A stretch of 64,000 nucleotides of DNA from a virus (taxonomy: Duplodnaviria > Caudoviricetes): IMG/VR virus record IMGVR_UViG_3300042881_004206; one strand, written 5' to 3'. The notes beneath the pieces are model-generated. The model ran no database searches and had not been told where the DNA came from. It saw only the letters and a list, made by a program, of their open reading frames with translations. The position numbers were made by a program, and so were the translations under genes. Shown here in pieces: positions 53,624 through 64,000 of the stretch (positions are counted from its first letter, which is position 1; every line of letters starts with the position of its first letter).

Positions 53624-55342
53624 ATGTCCACAGTAAAAATTTCAGAACTACCTGCAATAGCACAACTAAATTCAAATACATCAAACACCTTGATTGTTGG
53701 CGTGGATATTCCTACAGGAGTAACCGGTAAAATTACTGCAACAGTTCTTGCACAAAGTTTATATTCAAACAATGTATTGAATGTTGGAAATAATAATATA
53801 ACTTTTCCTGGTATTATAGGTCAATTTGTTAGTAACAATGAATCTTATCTACAAGTCAATTTACAGAATTTAAAACCCAACGGCTCTTCTGACTATGTTG
53901 CAACAGCTGACATTGGTACAGACTCTGTAAATTACATTGACATGGGTATTGCGGGATCAACAGATAATGATGTTAATTATCCCGTCATTAAACCAATGGA
54001 TGGTTATGTGTATGTGCAAGGAAATACCGCAACAACAACTGGTGGTAATCTATTATTTGGCACAATAACCACACACAGAGACATTTCGTTCTTTCAAGGT
54101 GGTGCAGAAGCAAATAATGTTGTAGCCAAATTCGTATATAATTCTGGTCTACATCTGCTGCAGAAGCCAATAACATTTGCCGATGGTACAACACAAAATA
54201 CTTCTTTTGATGCGGCAGCTACGGCGGCCAATACACCAAGCCATGTAGCTAATTCGGCTGCTTTGTATGCTAATGGAGCATTCCTACAAGCCAATACACC
54301 AAGCCATGTAGCGAATTCAGCTAGTTCTTATGCAAATGGCGCATTCGTTCAAGCCAATTCCGCATTCAATAAAGCTAACAATGCTTTAGCAAATACTTCA
54401 GGAACATTTGGTGGTGATCTAACTGTTTCCGGAAATGTTACTGTTCTTGGTACCACAAGTTCAACTGGTCCTATCACAACAGGCAATCTAATTGTTAATG
54501 GCACCAGTAGTTTCACTGGTAATGTGACGATGAATGCAACAACATATTTAACTGGAGCTGTGACTGTTAACAGCACCATGTTGTTGGCCAATAGCAACTT
54601 CAGTGCGACAGCCGCTGCACTGACAATTTCGGCTTCACCTACTGTTTCAACACCATCAAACGATGGTTACATGATTCACATTTCGGGCAAAAACGGTGTG
54701 CCATCCAGAATCGTTGCAGATTCATATGGTGCAAATTCTTACATTGTATTTGCTGGTCGTGCTGCAAGAGGTAATGTAAGTCATCCAACTGCATTACAAG
54801 CAAACGATGTAATTGCTCGTTTTTCGGGTAATGGTTATGGTACAACAGGATATGCACCATTAGGAACAGGTCGCATCGATTTTGTTGCAGCAGAAAACTA
54901 TACCGATGCAGCCAGAGGTTCTAGAATTGAATTCTGGAATATGCCAATTGGTTCGAACACATTAAACAAAATTGCATCTTTTAATGGTGATAGTGTTGAT
55001 TTTACTGGTGCTATTAAACCGGAAAAAGGACTCATATATTCTTCAAATGTACAGTCAACACTGACAACATTTGCATTAGATTTTAATCGTGACAGTCTTA
55101 TTAAATTTAATGTGACAGCCGATGCATCGATTACGCTTTCAAATTATGTATATGGTAAAGTTGTGGAAGTTTGGATTACCAATTCTGCTGCACAAAACAA
55201 AACAATTACACATGGATGTTTGGCAAATAACTCAACATCGAAACAGACAACATTCACCATTTTAGCTAGCTCATGTGCTTATCTCAGATATTTTAGTATT
55301 AATGGTGACCAGGCAAATACATTCGTTTCGATTACAGCGTAA
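53624..55342 (+). CDS. Fibre/baseplate-associated structural protein
   Basis: VKISELP N-terminus; internal ANT.SH.ANSA repeats; beta-rich. Confidence 0.7.
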   Translation: MSTVKISELPAIAQLNSNTSNTLIVGVDIPTGVTGKITATVLAQSLYSNNVLNVGNNNITFPGIIGQFVSNNESYLQVNLQNLKPNGSSDYVATADIGTDSVNYIDMGIAGSTDNDVNYPVIKPMDGYVYVQGNTATTTGGNLLFGTITTHRDISFFQGGAEANNVVAKFVYNSGLHLLQKPITFADGTTQNTSFDAAATAANTPSHVANSAALYANGAFLQANTPSHVANSASSYANGAFVQANSAFNKANNALANTSGTFGGDLTVSGNVTVLGTTSSTGPITTGNLIVNGTSSFTGNVTMNATTYLTGAVTVNSTMLLANSNFSATAAALTISASPTVSTPSNDGYMIHISGKNGVPSRIVADSYGANSYIVFAGRAARGNVSHPTALQANDVIARFSGNGYGTTGYAPLGTGRIDFVAAENYTDAARGSRIEFWNMPIGSNTLNKIASFNGDSVDFTGAIKPEKGLIYSSNVQSTLTTFALDFNRDSLIKFNVTADASITLSNYVYGKVVEVWITNSAAQNKTITHGCLANNSTSKQTTFTILASSCAYLRYFSINGDQANTFVSITA

Positions 55343-55348
55343 TAAATA
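55341..55348 (+). promoter_or_regulatory. Late promoter AATAAATA for gp8
   Basis: TAAATA core upstream of ATG 55356. Confidence 0.65.
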
Positions 55349-55355
55349 AAATACT

Positions 55356-56762
55356 ATGGCAAAAAAATCATTACTCACACATTACGCAAAGACTTCTTCA
55401 GCGCAAGAATCTTATTATTATCCTTCAGCTGTATTACCCTATGCAGCCGATAGTCCTTTAGCTACATTTTATTGTTTCTTAGCCAGAACTGTTCCATGGG
55501 AAGATGACGATAATCCTCCCAATCCTTTGCAAACACAAAAATATATCAAAGAAACTTTCAAAAATATATTTGTCGCGAAAAGAATTTACTCAGGTGATAT
55601 TTCTCCCGTGATAGAGAGAGTGGATTGGAAAACAAATGTCATTTATAATTACTATCGAGATGATGTGGATATGCTTGAAGTGGATTCCAATGGTTATTTG
55701 GTCAGACAATTTTATGTGAAGAACAAATACGACCAAGTTTTTAAATGCTTATGGAATAATAATGATAGCCCTTCAACCGAAGAACCTTATTTTGAACCCG
55801 GCACATATAGCACAAACAACATTTATCAGGGAAACGATAACTATAAGTGGAAATATATTTACAGCATCGACACCGGCGCAAAAGTAAAATTTATGGATAG
55901 TGCATGGATGCCGGTTCCAGTTAGCTTGAGAGCGCCAAATCCACTACTATCATCAGCAGGCAGAGGAAGCATTGATGTAATCAACATCACAAATGGTGGA
56001 CAAGGATATGATTTAACGAATTCCGTCATTCAAATTGCCATCTCCGGAGATGGAAATGGTGCAACAGCAACCGTCACAACAAATGAAGTGGCCAATGGTG
56101 TAATTTCCGATATTGTTGTTGAAAATCCTGGATCAAATTACACATATGCCAATGTCACCATCACCGGTGTGGCAGCAAACGGTTCAACAGTAGGTTCTGG
56201 AGCCACTGCAATATGTCCTACTTCACCTGTCGGTGGCCATGGTTTCGATCCTATTTCAGAATTAGGTTGTAACCATGTCATGTATACAGTAGAGTTCAAC
56301 AAAAGTGAGAGTAATATAATACCAACCGACAATAACTATTATCAAATTGGCATGTTGGTGAATCCTGTGACAAAACAAAATCCATTGGTTCCGGCTAATG
56401 GCGCAATTTACAAAACTTCAACCGATTTATTGGTCGCGCCAGGTTTTGGTAGTTATTCCGAAGATGAATATGTGTATCAGGTTCCAAATCCAGGAGATCC
56501 ACTTTCGGACGCAACATTTATTGGCACTGTTTTGAGTTTTAATACATCAACCAATGTGGTAAGACTAATAAATATAACAGGAACCGCAAACACAAACGCA
56601 CCACTATTTGGTAATTCATCGGGAACAGCAAGAACCGTATTATCAATTGACTATCCTTTATTTGAACTTTGCTCTGGTTATATGCTGTATCTGGAAAACA
56701 GAAGTGGTGTTGAAAGAAGCGCAGACGGTATAGAACAATATAAGATTGTACTAGGTTACTAA
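55356..56762 (+). CDS. 8: Baseplate wedge subunit gp8
   Basis: VI.R.DW....Y..Y, FYV.N...VFKCL.NN...ST.EP, YKWKY.Y.I, P.GGHG, G.MLY.ENR..V.R. Confidence 0.9.
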   Translation: MAKKSLLTHYAKTSSAQESYYYPSAVLPYAADSPLATFYCFLARTVPWEDDDNPPNPLQTQKYIKETFKNIFVAKRIYSGDISPVIERVDWKTNVIYNYYRDDVDMLEVDSNGYLVRQFYVKNKYDQVFKCLWNNNDSPSTEEPYFEPGTYSTNNIYQGNDNYKWKYIYSIDTGAKVKFMDSAWMPVPVSLRAPNPLLSSAGRGSIDVINITNGGQGYDLTNSVIQIAISGDGNGATATVTTNEVANGVISDIVVENPGSNYTYANVTITGVAANGSTVGSGATAICPTSPVGGHGFDPISELGCNHVMYTVEFNKSESNIIPTDNNYYQIGMLVNPVTKQNPLVPANGAIYKTSTDLLVAPGFGSYSEDEYVYQVPNPGDPLSDATFIGTVLSFNTSTNVVRLINITGTANTNAPLFGNSSGTARTVLSIDYPLFELCSGYMLYLENRSGVERSADGIEQYKIVLGY

Positions 56763-56771
56763 AGGAATAAA

Positions 56772-59700
56772 ATGCTGAACTTTAATGTATCTCCATACTA
56801 CGATGATTTTGATGAAACAAAAAACTTTCATCGTGTTTTATTTAAACCAGGTAATGCTGTACAGGCTCGAGAACTTACTCAATCTCAGACCATCTTACAG
56901 AATCAGGTCACCAAGTTTGCAAATCATGTATTCTCGGAAAATACTCCAGTTTCTGGTGGAAAAATGTCCATCAACTTTAAATGTTATTATGTTAAATTGC
57001 AAGAAACATATAATGGAGTTGCAATAGATGTTAATGAATTCGAAAACCTTTTAGTTAAAAGCCAAAACGGAACCGTATTGGCTAAAGTTGTTGCAGTTGC
57101 ACAAGCAACTGGTGGCGATCCACCAACATTAATACTATCTTATCTGAGTGCGCCTAGATTTACAGACAATGATGTAATTTATGTCATAGGTTCAAATCTG
57201 GCATGCCAAGCAATAACATCAAATTCTACAGGTCAATCTTGTACCGCACATATTACTCAAGGTGTATTTTATGTATTGGGAAATTTTGTTTCGAATCCAG
57301 AAGATACAGTAATACTTTCCAAATATAGTATCACACCATCCGTTCGTGTTGGTTTGGAAATCAATGAAACAATTGTCGATTATGTTGATGAACCTTCATT
57401 ATTAGATCCTGCCGTAGGTGCCACAAACTATCAAGCACCTGGTGCTGATCGTTATAAGATAGGATTGTCCTTACAAACCAGACCTTTGTCTTTCGGCGAT
57501 GATCAAAACTTCATTGAATTGATGCGTGTCGAAAATGGCATCATTGCAAAACAAATCGAAAACACATCCTATTCAAGATTGGATGACTACTTTGCACAGA
57601 GAACTTATGAAACGAATGGCGACTTTGTTCTCAGAAATTTCAACTTAACACCACAAGCAAATACATCCAACACCGATATTTACAATATGGTTGTCGGCCG
57701 TGGTGTGGCTTATGTTCATGGTTATAGACTTGAGAATCAATCGTCATTAGTCATCAAATCCAATCGTGCAAGAACAACAAAATCGGAACAAAATAATCCA
57801 GTTTATATGGATTATGGAAATTACCTGTACATAAATTCTTTAAGAGGTGCAAATAATTCCGTATTGGATGTTGCTGCATATCAGCCGATTGATTTGCATT
57901 GTGTACCTGTTGCAAGCATTAATACATCAAATACATCAACTTATAATGCAACGGTTGTTTCGAGTGGTTATATTAGAAATCTGGAGTATGATGATTTTGG
58001 CTCGGCTTCTGATGCCAACACATATGTTTATAAAGCATTTGTTTATGATTTACAAAATGGAACACCAACAGCAAACGCGGTTGCCGGAAGTTCAAATACA
58101 ATCACATTACCTGGAACATATTCAACTGTATCGAATGCATATTACGGCGTAACTATTTCCATCACCAATGGAACAAGTGCTGGTGATTTCAGAAGAATCG
58201 TTTCTTATAACGGTACAACAAGAGTTGCCACAGTTGATACACCTTGGACATATACACCTACAACAAACTCTGTGTTTGCTTTGAATTTTGCTATCAAAGA
58301 TGCTGAAACAATGGTGTCTTCAAATTCAACATTACACATACTTTCTACTGCGGTGTTGGATGCACAAGGTCGTGTAAACAATACAGCAACTGGTGATCCA
58401 GAACTACAGAATCCAAATGTACAAGAGATGTTGTTCCGTATCGGTATGCCATATGTTGCGACCTTGACAGATACATCTTTCACAACTAGACAAATATTCC
58501 GAGCTGTAACATTCACTTCTTCTGGCGGCAATTTAGTTGCACAATTACCTTTTGGTGGTGATTATAGTAATGTTATGAAACACATAGGAACTCCAAGTTC
58601 CACTTTATCAACTAGTACAGTTCGCGAAAACTTCATCGTCATTGTTACGAATAAAGGTTCAAGTAATTATAATGTTGGTGACTTATTGCCATGGACAATT
58701 AACAGTAGAACAGTTTCTTTAAATAGTGATGCTTCTATAGCAACACTTACTGGTACCTCAGCTGATTTAGGTGGCACATTCACAGCAACAGTAATTGCCA
58801 AAGCTGCTGTAACAAATGGTAATAACACCGGTCACATACTAAAGAGAAAAAATTTAATCAAGGCAAATACATCTGCGGTAATAACATCAAATACTGCCGT
58901 AGGAAGCAGCACATATACATTTGTTGATGATGCAGCTCTAACATCTAAAGGCCAAGTTTATATTCAAAATGCTGGTATAGTGTCCGCCGGACAAAAACAG
59001 AGTTTATATCTAAGTGACGTTAAGAGAATTGTTAAAATTGTCGACACACTAAATTCTGCAAATGTTCCTACTGTCGATATGCTGACGAATCCAGCATATG
59101 ATGTTACTTCTAATTTTATTTTCAATAACGGTCAAAAAGATAGTTATTATGACCATGCATCAATTACATTAAGAGTTGGTGCACCAAAAGTTAGAGGCAA
59201 TATGTTGGTATTGTGTGATTATTATCAACATACTGGTGGCGATGGTTATTTCAGTGTAGATTCATACTTGAATTCTTCTTTGCCAGAAGATTATAGAGAA
59301 ATTGGAAGTTACACCAGTTCTTCAGGCAATTCTTATTCTCTAAGAGATGTTTTGGACTTCAGACCCACAAGACAAAATGCGACCTATAATTTTGAATTCA
59401 GATATTCAAATTCAGGTGATACACAGAGATATGGAACGTTATTGCCATTAGATTTATCTCAATTTACAGGAGATTATTCTTATTATCTTGGTAGAAAAGA
59501 TAAACTCGTATTGACAAAAGACAAATTATTCCAGATTTTGGAAGGTGCACCTTCGGTAAGTCCTATTTTCCCAACAGAACCAAATGGTTCATTATTGTTG
59601 GCTAATATCGTACACAATCCTTATACTGGTTATTTACCAACTGAAGTGGTTTCGGGTAGTTCTTCAGACTTAAAAATAACAAAGGTGAAACACAAACGAT

Positions 59701-61790
59701 ATACAATGAAGGATATAGGAGTCCTTGAAAAGAGAATTGAAAATTTACAATACTATACTTCATTGAATCTAGCTGAACAGAAAGCACAGAGTCTACAAGT
59801 TTCAGACTCTTTGGGACTAAATCGTTTTAAAAACGGCATCTTAGTGGATAATTTCAGCACATTTTTGGCCTCAGATACATTGAGTTCAGATTTCAAATGT
59901 AATATCAATACGAACAAGCAGCAATTGTCTGCTATGCAATATGTAAAACGTTTTCCACTTCTAGCTCTAGATGAAGTTCTAACATATAATACTTTTGGTG
60001 GCGTAACAGAATATACAGCAGATCAATATGGTTTATATAATATTTTTTCATTACCATATACAACAGAAAGAGCTGCTGGACAAGTTATTGCTAGTAGACC
60101 ATTTAATCTGAATTCTTTCAGTATAGTTAATCGAACAATTACAATAGCAGCATCACCCGCAAATATAAATCCTGTTGGTGGAGGTGTTCGTGTTGATGTA
60201 CCAACACCTCGTGTTCCAGTTGTCGCAACTCAACCAAAAGCAAATGCAACTTCTAATGTGGTAGTGGCTGCATCCGCAAATGAAAATGTATTTTTCACTC
60301 CAAACCCAATTGAAGTAAATAAAGCATTAACAATCATTGTAAGAAATGCACAACCAGGTTCGAATGTTAGATATAAGATTTCGTCTTCTTCATCATACGG
60401 CAGCTGGATTCCTTTAAATCAACTTGATGGGCCAGGAACACATAGACAAGTATTACCAACCGACACGTTCAGAGATCCTGGAATTTATACATTTGATTTT
60501 GAATTCGCTTCCGGTAATACCAGACAAGCCAGTGTCACTGTTAATGCCGCAGGAATAGTGTGGACGGGAGGCGGAGTTGACTTGACCTCAACAGCTGTTG
60601 TTGCAGGAACGGTCAACTTAATTGATTGGAGAGGATTGACGGTAGGGACCGGCACCACTACAACCACTACAACCACTACAACCACTACAACCACTACAAC
60701 TACGGAAACGACCGAAACTGTCACAGATGGTACTGACACAGATGGTACTACCGTCGATGATCCATTTAATCCAGGTTCTGATGGTCTAGTAGGATTTGAC
60801 GAGACTACATGTTATTTTGATACTGGTACGGTTATTATATGTGGAGATGGTGGTCTAACAGGCTGTGATTTAACAACCAATTTAGATAGATTAGATACAG
60901 CATTATTAGAATTCACGACAATTGGAGTTTTAGATCCAAATTTCGTAGATGCAACAGGCCAAGCATTAGATACAATTTTAGGTCTCTCACTCGTTGCTGA
61001 TTTGGGTGACGGAAACGGATATACATTACTCGGAACTTGTTTGAATTTTGATGGTTCTGAAGTGACCTGTGATGCGGTTACTGAAACGAGACTTTTGGAA
61101 GATATTGATAATCTAGTTAACGGAGAAATTTACGCTGCATCGATAAATCAAAATGGTGACATTAATATTCTAGGTACAAATTCAATAGATGTGGACAATA
61201 TTAATCAAGTCAGTGGACAATTAACTAGTGTTTCTTTGGAAAATAATCTGACTGAACTAACAGTAACAACTGGTGGATTGGTCGATGTGGTAAATTCTGT
61301 TGGTCAAACAATGACCATTTTTGATCAAAGTACTGGTGAAGTATCAGCAGTTATAACAATTACAGGTTTTGATGAGGCTACAGGAAGCGTCACCGGAACA
61401 GTTGTTTCGGGCAATCAAGCCGATGTTTCAAACGGAAGCCTATTCAATATTCATCAAAGTGATGCACAAGCAACAAACACCACGACCGATGGTACAGGTG
61501 GACTTGCTGGTCTTGCAATCATTCCGGAAAATACGGTTTCTGGTTCGACAGTAACATGTTTTGCAACTGATGCTGAAGGACTTAGTGGTGGAGGAAGTAA
61601 TATATACAATGGTTCTTATTCAGAACATTCATTAACACAATCAGATCCTTCAGTTGGTAATGATGGCACATCAAATCAAGTGGCAGGTTTCCAAGATTTC
61701 GGAGTGTATGATAGCATTGATGGCTCCTTGAGTTACAATGTTTCATTCGGCGGCGCTGGTGGAAGTTTCTCATTTGATTATAGCAGTTAA
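56772..61790 (+). CDS. VrlC/DUF4815-like large virion protein, N-terminal part plus divergent acidic Thr-rich C-terminus
   Basis: FNVSPYYDDFD..KNFHRVLFKPG.AVQARELTQ.Q, APGADRYKI, RT.ETNGDF, NRFKNG.LVDNF. Confidence 0.85.
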   Translation: MLNFNVSPYYDDFDETKNFHRVLFKPGNAVQARELTQSQTILQNQVTKFANHVFSENTPVSGGKMSINFKCYYVKLQETYNGVAIDVNEFENLLVKSQNGTVLAKVVAVAQATGGDPPTLILSYLSAPRFTDNDVIYVIGSNLACQAITSNSTGQSCTAHITQGVFYVLGNFVSNPEDTVILSKYSITPSVRVGLEINETIVDYVDEPSLLDPAVGATNYQAPGADRYKIGLSLQTRPLSFGDDQNFIELMRVENGIIAKQIENTSYSRLDDYFAQRTYETNGDFVLRNFNLTPQANTSNTDIYNMVVGRGVAYVHGYRLENQSSLVIKSNRARTTKSEQNNPVYMDYGNYLYINSLRGANNSVLDVAAYQPIDLHCVPVASINTSNTSTYNATVVSSGYIRNLEYDDFGSASDANTYVYKAFVYDLQNGTPTANAVAGSSNTITLPGTYSTVSNAYYGVTISITNGTSAGDFRRIVSYNGTTRVATVDTPWTYTPTTNSVFALNFAIKDAETMVSSNSTLHILSTAVLDAQGRVNNTATGDPELQNPNVQEMLFRIGMPYVATLTDTSFTTRQIFRAVTFTSSGGNLVAQLPFGGDYSNVMKHIGTPSSTLSTSTVRENFIVIVTNKGSSNYNVGDLLPWTINSRTVSLNSDASIATLTGTSADLGGTFTATVIAKAAVTNGNNTGHILKRKNLIKANTSAVITSNTAVGSSTYTFVDDAALTSKGQVYIQNAGIVSAGQKQSLYLSDVKRIVKIVDTLNSANVPTVDMLTNPAYDVTSNFIFNNGQKDSYYDHASITLRVGAPKVRGNMLVLCDYYQHTGGDGYFSVDSYLNSSLPEDYREIGSYTSSSGNSYSLRDVLDFRPTRQNATYNFEFRYSNSGDTQRYGTLLPLDLSQFTGDYSYYLGRKDKLVLTKDKLFQILEGAPSVSPIFPTEPNGSLLLANIVHNPYTGYLPTEVVSGSSSDLKITKVKHKRYTMKDIGVLEKRIENLQYYTSLNLAEQKAQSLQVSDSLGLNRFKNGILVDNFSTFLASDTLSSDFKCNINTNKQQLSAMQYVKRFPLLALDEVLTYNTFGGVTEYTADQYGLYNIFSLPYTTERAAGQVIASRPFNLNSFSIVNRTITIAASPANINPVGGGVRVDVPTPRVPVVATQPKANATSNVVVAASANENVFFTPNPIEVNKALTIIVRNAQPGSNVRYKISSSSSYGSWIPLNQLDGPGTHRQVLPTDTFRDPGIYTFDFEFASGNTRQASVTVNAAGIVWTGGGVDLTSTAVVAGTVNLIDWRGLTVGTGTTTTTTTTTTTTTTTTTETTETVTDGTDTDGTTVDDPFNPGSDGLVGFDETTCYFDTGTVIICGDGGLTGCDLTTNLDRLDTALLEFTTIGVLDPNFVDATGQALDTILGLSLVADLGDGNGYTLLGTCLNFDGSEVTCDAVTETRLLEDIDNLVNGEIYAASINQNGDINILGTNSIDVDNINQVSGQLTSVSLENNLTELTVTTGGLVDVVNSVGQTMTIFDQSTGEVSAVITITGFDEATGSVTGTVVSGNQADVSNGSLFNIHQSDAQATNTTTDGTGGLAGLAIIPENTVSGSTVTCFATDAEGLSGGGSNIYNGSYSEHSLTQSDPSVGNDGTSNQVAGFQDFGVYDSIDGSLSYNVSFGGAGGSFSFDYSS
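60654..60698. repeat. 9-bp tandem repeat (ACCACTACA)x5 encoding poly-Thr
   Basis: Direct reading. Confidence 0.95.
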
Positions 61791-61807
61791 AAAATTCGGA
61801 GCAAATA

Positions 61808-63499
61808 ATGGCTGATCCAATAGCACAAACATTTCTAATAGAAAAATCAAAAGCCCCTAATGGTTATTTTGTAAAATCTATTAAATTATTTTTTAAAACA
61901 AAGCCATCGAGCAGTGATGTGAATAGTCCTGTTATAATGACAATTGTTACCACAGAAAACGGAATACCAACAGGAAAAACTGTAGATTGGGGCACATCGA
62001 CCGTCTATACAAAACAGATTGTTGTTTCGGATAATCCTCATTATTTGGATTCCAACACATGGACTCAATTTACTTTCCCCGCACCAGTTCACCTGCAATC
62101 AGATGTTCTTTATGCTTTTACACTGAAAGCACCGACAAATGAATATGAAGTATGGGGTGCAGTGATGAGTGATAATGCTGTGCCTTCTTCTGTTAAAAAT
62201 TCACCAACAGATGCAACACCAGCAAACCCAACAAAAATATCAAAAACACCTTTTGTTGGTAATGTTTTCTTATCTCAAAATGCTTCAACTTGGGATCCAG
62301 AATTAAATGCATGTCTTATGTTTACAATAGATAGATGTAAATTTGATACAAGTGTTTCACGAAATATTCAATTTGTTGTTCCGAAAAAACTACCTGAAGG
62401 TTTATTGACAATCGATTCTTTAGGATATTACGCAAATGCAAACTCATTTGTGGCTGGTCTAACAGAAACTTCAGATAAAAAACTTTTTGTTGACGCTTTT
62501 AATATTACAACTTCTGATCTGATTCCTTCTGGAACAAGTTTAGATTACAATTATTCTTCAACATTGGTTGATGGAACAGTAACTTCAAATCTTCCATTTA
62601 CACCAGGAAAATATGGTGCAGCAATGCCCACGGATATTTTTCTTTCTGATGGAAGAGGTCAGAGAATACTAGATCCAAATACACACACATCATTGTCCGT
62701 TTATACTACATTAACTTCAGCAGATGATCATGTTAGTCCAATGGTGTCCGACTATCAGTTAGCAACATATGCTGTTAGAAATGTTATCAATGATTGTGGT
62801 TTATCCAATGGTCAAATTACAATTGTATCTGGTGGTTCAGGTTATAATGCAAATACAACATCAGTAACATTTTCGGCACCCACCGGCACAAATGGAACTC
62901 AAGCAACAGGAACTGTTACAATTGCAAATGGAAGCATCACCCAAATCAGCATAACAAGTGCTGGTTCAGGATACATTGAAACACCAACAGTAACAGTAAC
63001 TGATGCAAATACTACTCCGGGCACAGGAGTTTCTGTTGCAATTATCGGTGAGACTTCTTCTTCTGGCGGTAATGCTGTAGCAAAATACATCAGCAAAAAG
63101 GTTACATTAGCAACATCTTTTGAATCTGGTGATCTAAATGTGTTCTTAACTGCATATCGCCCTGTTGGTAGTGATATACATGTGTACTACAAGATACAAA
63201 ATCAAAATGATACGCAAAACTTTAATGATAGTGCATGGCAGTTAATGACACCAATCAATAGTTCTGAAACATTATTCTCATCAAACAGAAATGATTTGTA
63301 TGAATATGTTTTTGCACCAGGTACAAATGGTTCACCACAAGGATATGTTTCTTACACAAGCACAAACGGTGATTCTTATGTTACTTTTAATCAATTTGCT
63401 ATTAAAATTGTAATGAGAACAAACGACAGTACGAATCCTCCAATTATTAAAGACATGAGAACTCTTGCTCTTCCAGCTGATGTTGATTTGGTGGTCTAA
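61808..63499 (+). CDS. VrlC-like C-terminal part as a separate gene
   Basis: DPIAQTF...G.FV.SI.LFF..KP, F..PV.L, LFxSQNASTW, KYISK.V.L, F..FAIKIVM. Confidence 0.82.
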   Translation: MADPIAQTFLIEKSKAPNGYFVKSIKLFFKTKPSSSDVNSPVIMTIVTTENGIPTGKTVDWGTSTVYTKQIVVSDNPHYLDSNTWTQFTFPAPVHLQSDVLYAFTLKAPTNEYEVWGAVMSDNAVPSSVKNSPTDATPANPTKISKTPFVGNVFLSQNASTWDPELNACLMFTIDRCKFDTSVSRNIQFVVPKKLPEGLLTIDSLGYYANANSFVAGLTETSDKKLFVDAFNITTSDLIPSGTSLDYNYSSTLVDGTVTSNLPFTPGKYGAAMPTDIFLSDGRGQRILDPNTHTSLSVYTTLTSADDHVSPMVSDYQLATYAVRNVINDCGLSNGQITIVSGGSGYNANTTSVTFSAPTGTNGTQATGTVTIANGSITQISITSAGSGYIETPTVTVTDANTTPGTGVSVAIIGETSSSGGNAVAKYISKKVTLATSFESGDLNVFLTAYRPVGSDIHVYYKIQNQNDTQNFNDSAWQLMTPINSSETLFSSNRNDLYEYVFAPGTNGSPQGYVSYTSTNGDSYVTFNQFAIKIVMRTNDSTNPPIIKDMRTLALPADVDLVV

Positions 63500-63501
63500 A
63501 A

Positions 63502-63723
63502 ATGAATTATGTAAGAGTAAAGGGAACTAATTTGATTAGGGATACTAATTCCATGGGTTTAACAAATAATGATATGAATGGATTGGAAGACTACAAAACA
63601 AGACGCAGATTATTAAAGAATCAAAAAGAAGAAATAAATAAAGTAAAATCAGAAATAAAAGATGTCAAAGATGAATTATCGGAGATAAAATCTTTGATGT
63701 TAAGACTACTTGACAAGGGTTAA
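63502..63723 (+). CDS. Small coiled-coil virion-region protein
   Basis: V.G..L.RD..S....N.D...Y...R....EI..L...L.EIK.L family. Confidence 0.75.
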   Translation: MNYVRVKGTNLIRDTNSMGLTNNDMNGLEDYKTRRRLLKNQKEEINKVKSEIKDVKDELSEIKSLMLRLLDKG

Positions 63724-63724
63724 A

Positions 63725-64000
63725 ATGGCTAATACAGTACCAATTCTAAGTTATGCCAACACTTTTAGTGATTGGTTTGTTGCAACCAACGCATTGTCTG
63801 GTGAAAACAATCTTTTAGCCAAAGGCGATTACACCAAAGATACCGGAACATTGTATCTGAGTGAAACAACACAAAACTCATTGCAATCCAATGGAAACAT
63901 TATTGTACAAAAACAATTACTCGTACAAGGTCTAGGTTCTTCAGCAACAATTCAAAATAATTTAACTGTCGGCGGCCAAATTTATTTTACGAATACCACA
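63725..64000 (+). CDS. Tail-fibre-like protein, N-terminal part (runs off window)
   Basis: Translated by hand: MANTVPILSYANTFSDWFVATNAL... (NTF..W...TN motif). Confidence 0.7.
   Translation, partial: MANTVPILSYANTFSDWFVATNALSGENNLLAKGDYTKDTGTLYLSETTQNSLQSNGNIIVQKQLLVQGLGSSATIQNNLTVGGQIYFTNTT

Noticed and set aside
60485-60739. Poly-Val antisense ORF
   Set aside because: Reverse complement of the poly-Thr repeat.
61790-61808. Sequencing frameshift explaining the VrlC split
   Set aside because: A clean stop, a 17-nt spacer with GGAG SD and a new ATG indicate a genuine second gene.
1-64000. Stop-codon reassignment (alternative genetic code)
   Set aside because: Known genes translate full length in code 11, and TAA, TAG and TGA all end recognisable genes.

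Overview
This window is a 64-kb piece of a large T4-like myophage genome. Its gene set and order resemble the cyanophage/freshwater T4-like branch. The host is probably a betaproteobacterium, inferred from the PstS type and the tmRNA tag ANDEKFALAA. Layout: (1) 1-8.6 kb, + strand: nrdB 3' end, GIY-YIG nuclease, RNase H, CobT-like vWA protein, MazG-like protein and pstS. (2) About 8.6-23 kb: an early/accessory region with a GC-rich core (8.8-11.4 kb) of back-to-back sigma70 promoters and tiny genes, then dozens of small ORFs, a GP88-like Fe-S protein, an AAA ATPase, a DUF4338/Mom-like GNAT and a class II aldolase. (3) 23-37 kb: cobS-like ATPase, DenV-like protein, phoH, exonuclease, a circularly permuted (two-piece) tmRNA gene, SleB hydrolase, gp33, gp59, nucleotidase and gp32. 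(4) 37-42 kb, - strand: gp4, gp2, gp54-like, gp26, gp51 and two tape-measure/hub-like genes, one with a lysozyme domain. (5) 42-64 kb: baseplate/tail genes gp48, gp53, hub, split gp5, gp25, gp6, gp7-like, gp8, split VrlC-like and a fibre start. Best leads: the phage-encoded two-piece tmRNA; a probable -1 frameshift (T TTT TTC) joining gp26 to a start-less gp51, like lambda G/GT or P2 E/E+E'; a patterned early regulatory system (16-bp-spacer promoters, three divergent promoter pairs with identical spacing, two palindromic operators, duplicated leaders); an H-NS-oligomerisation-like peptide; and an orphan ParS/MbcA-type antitoxin domain. All family assignments come from motif recognition by eye. 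No searches were run.
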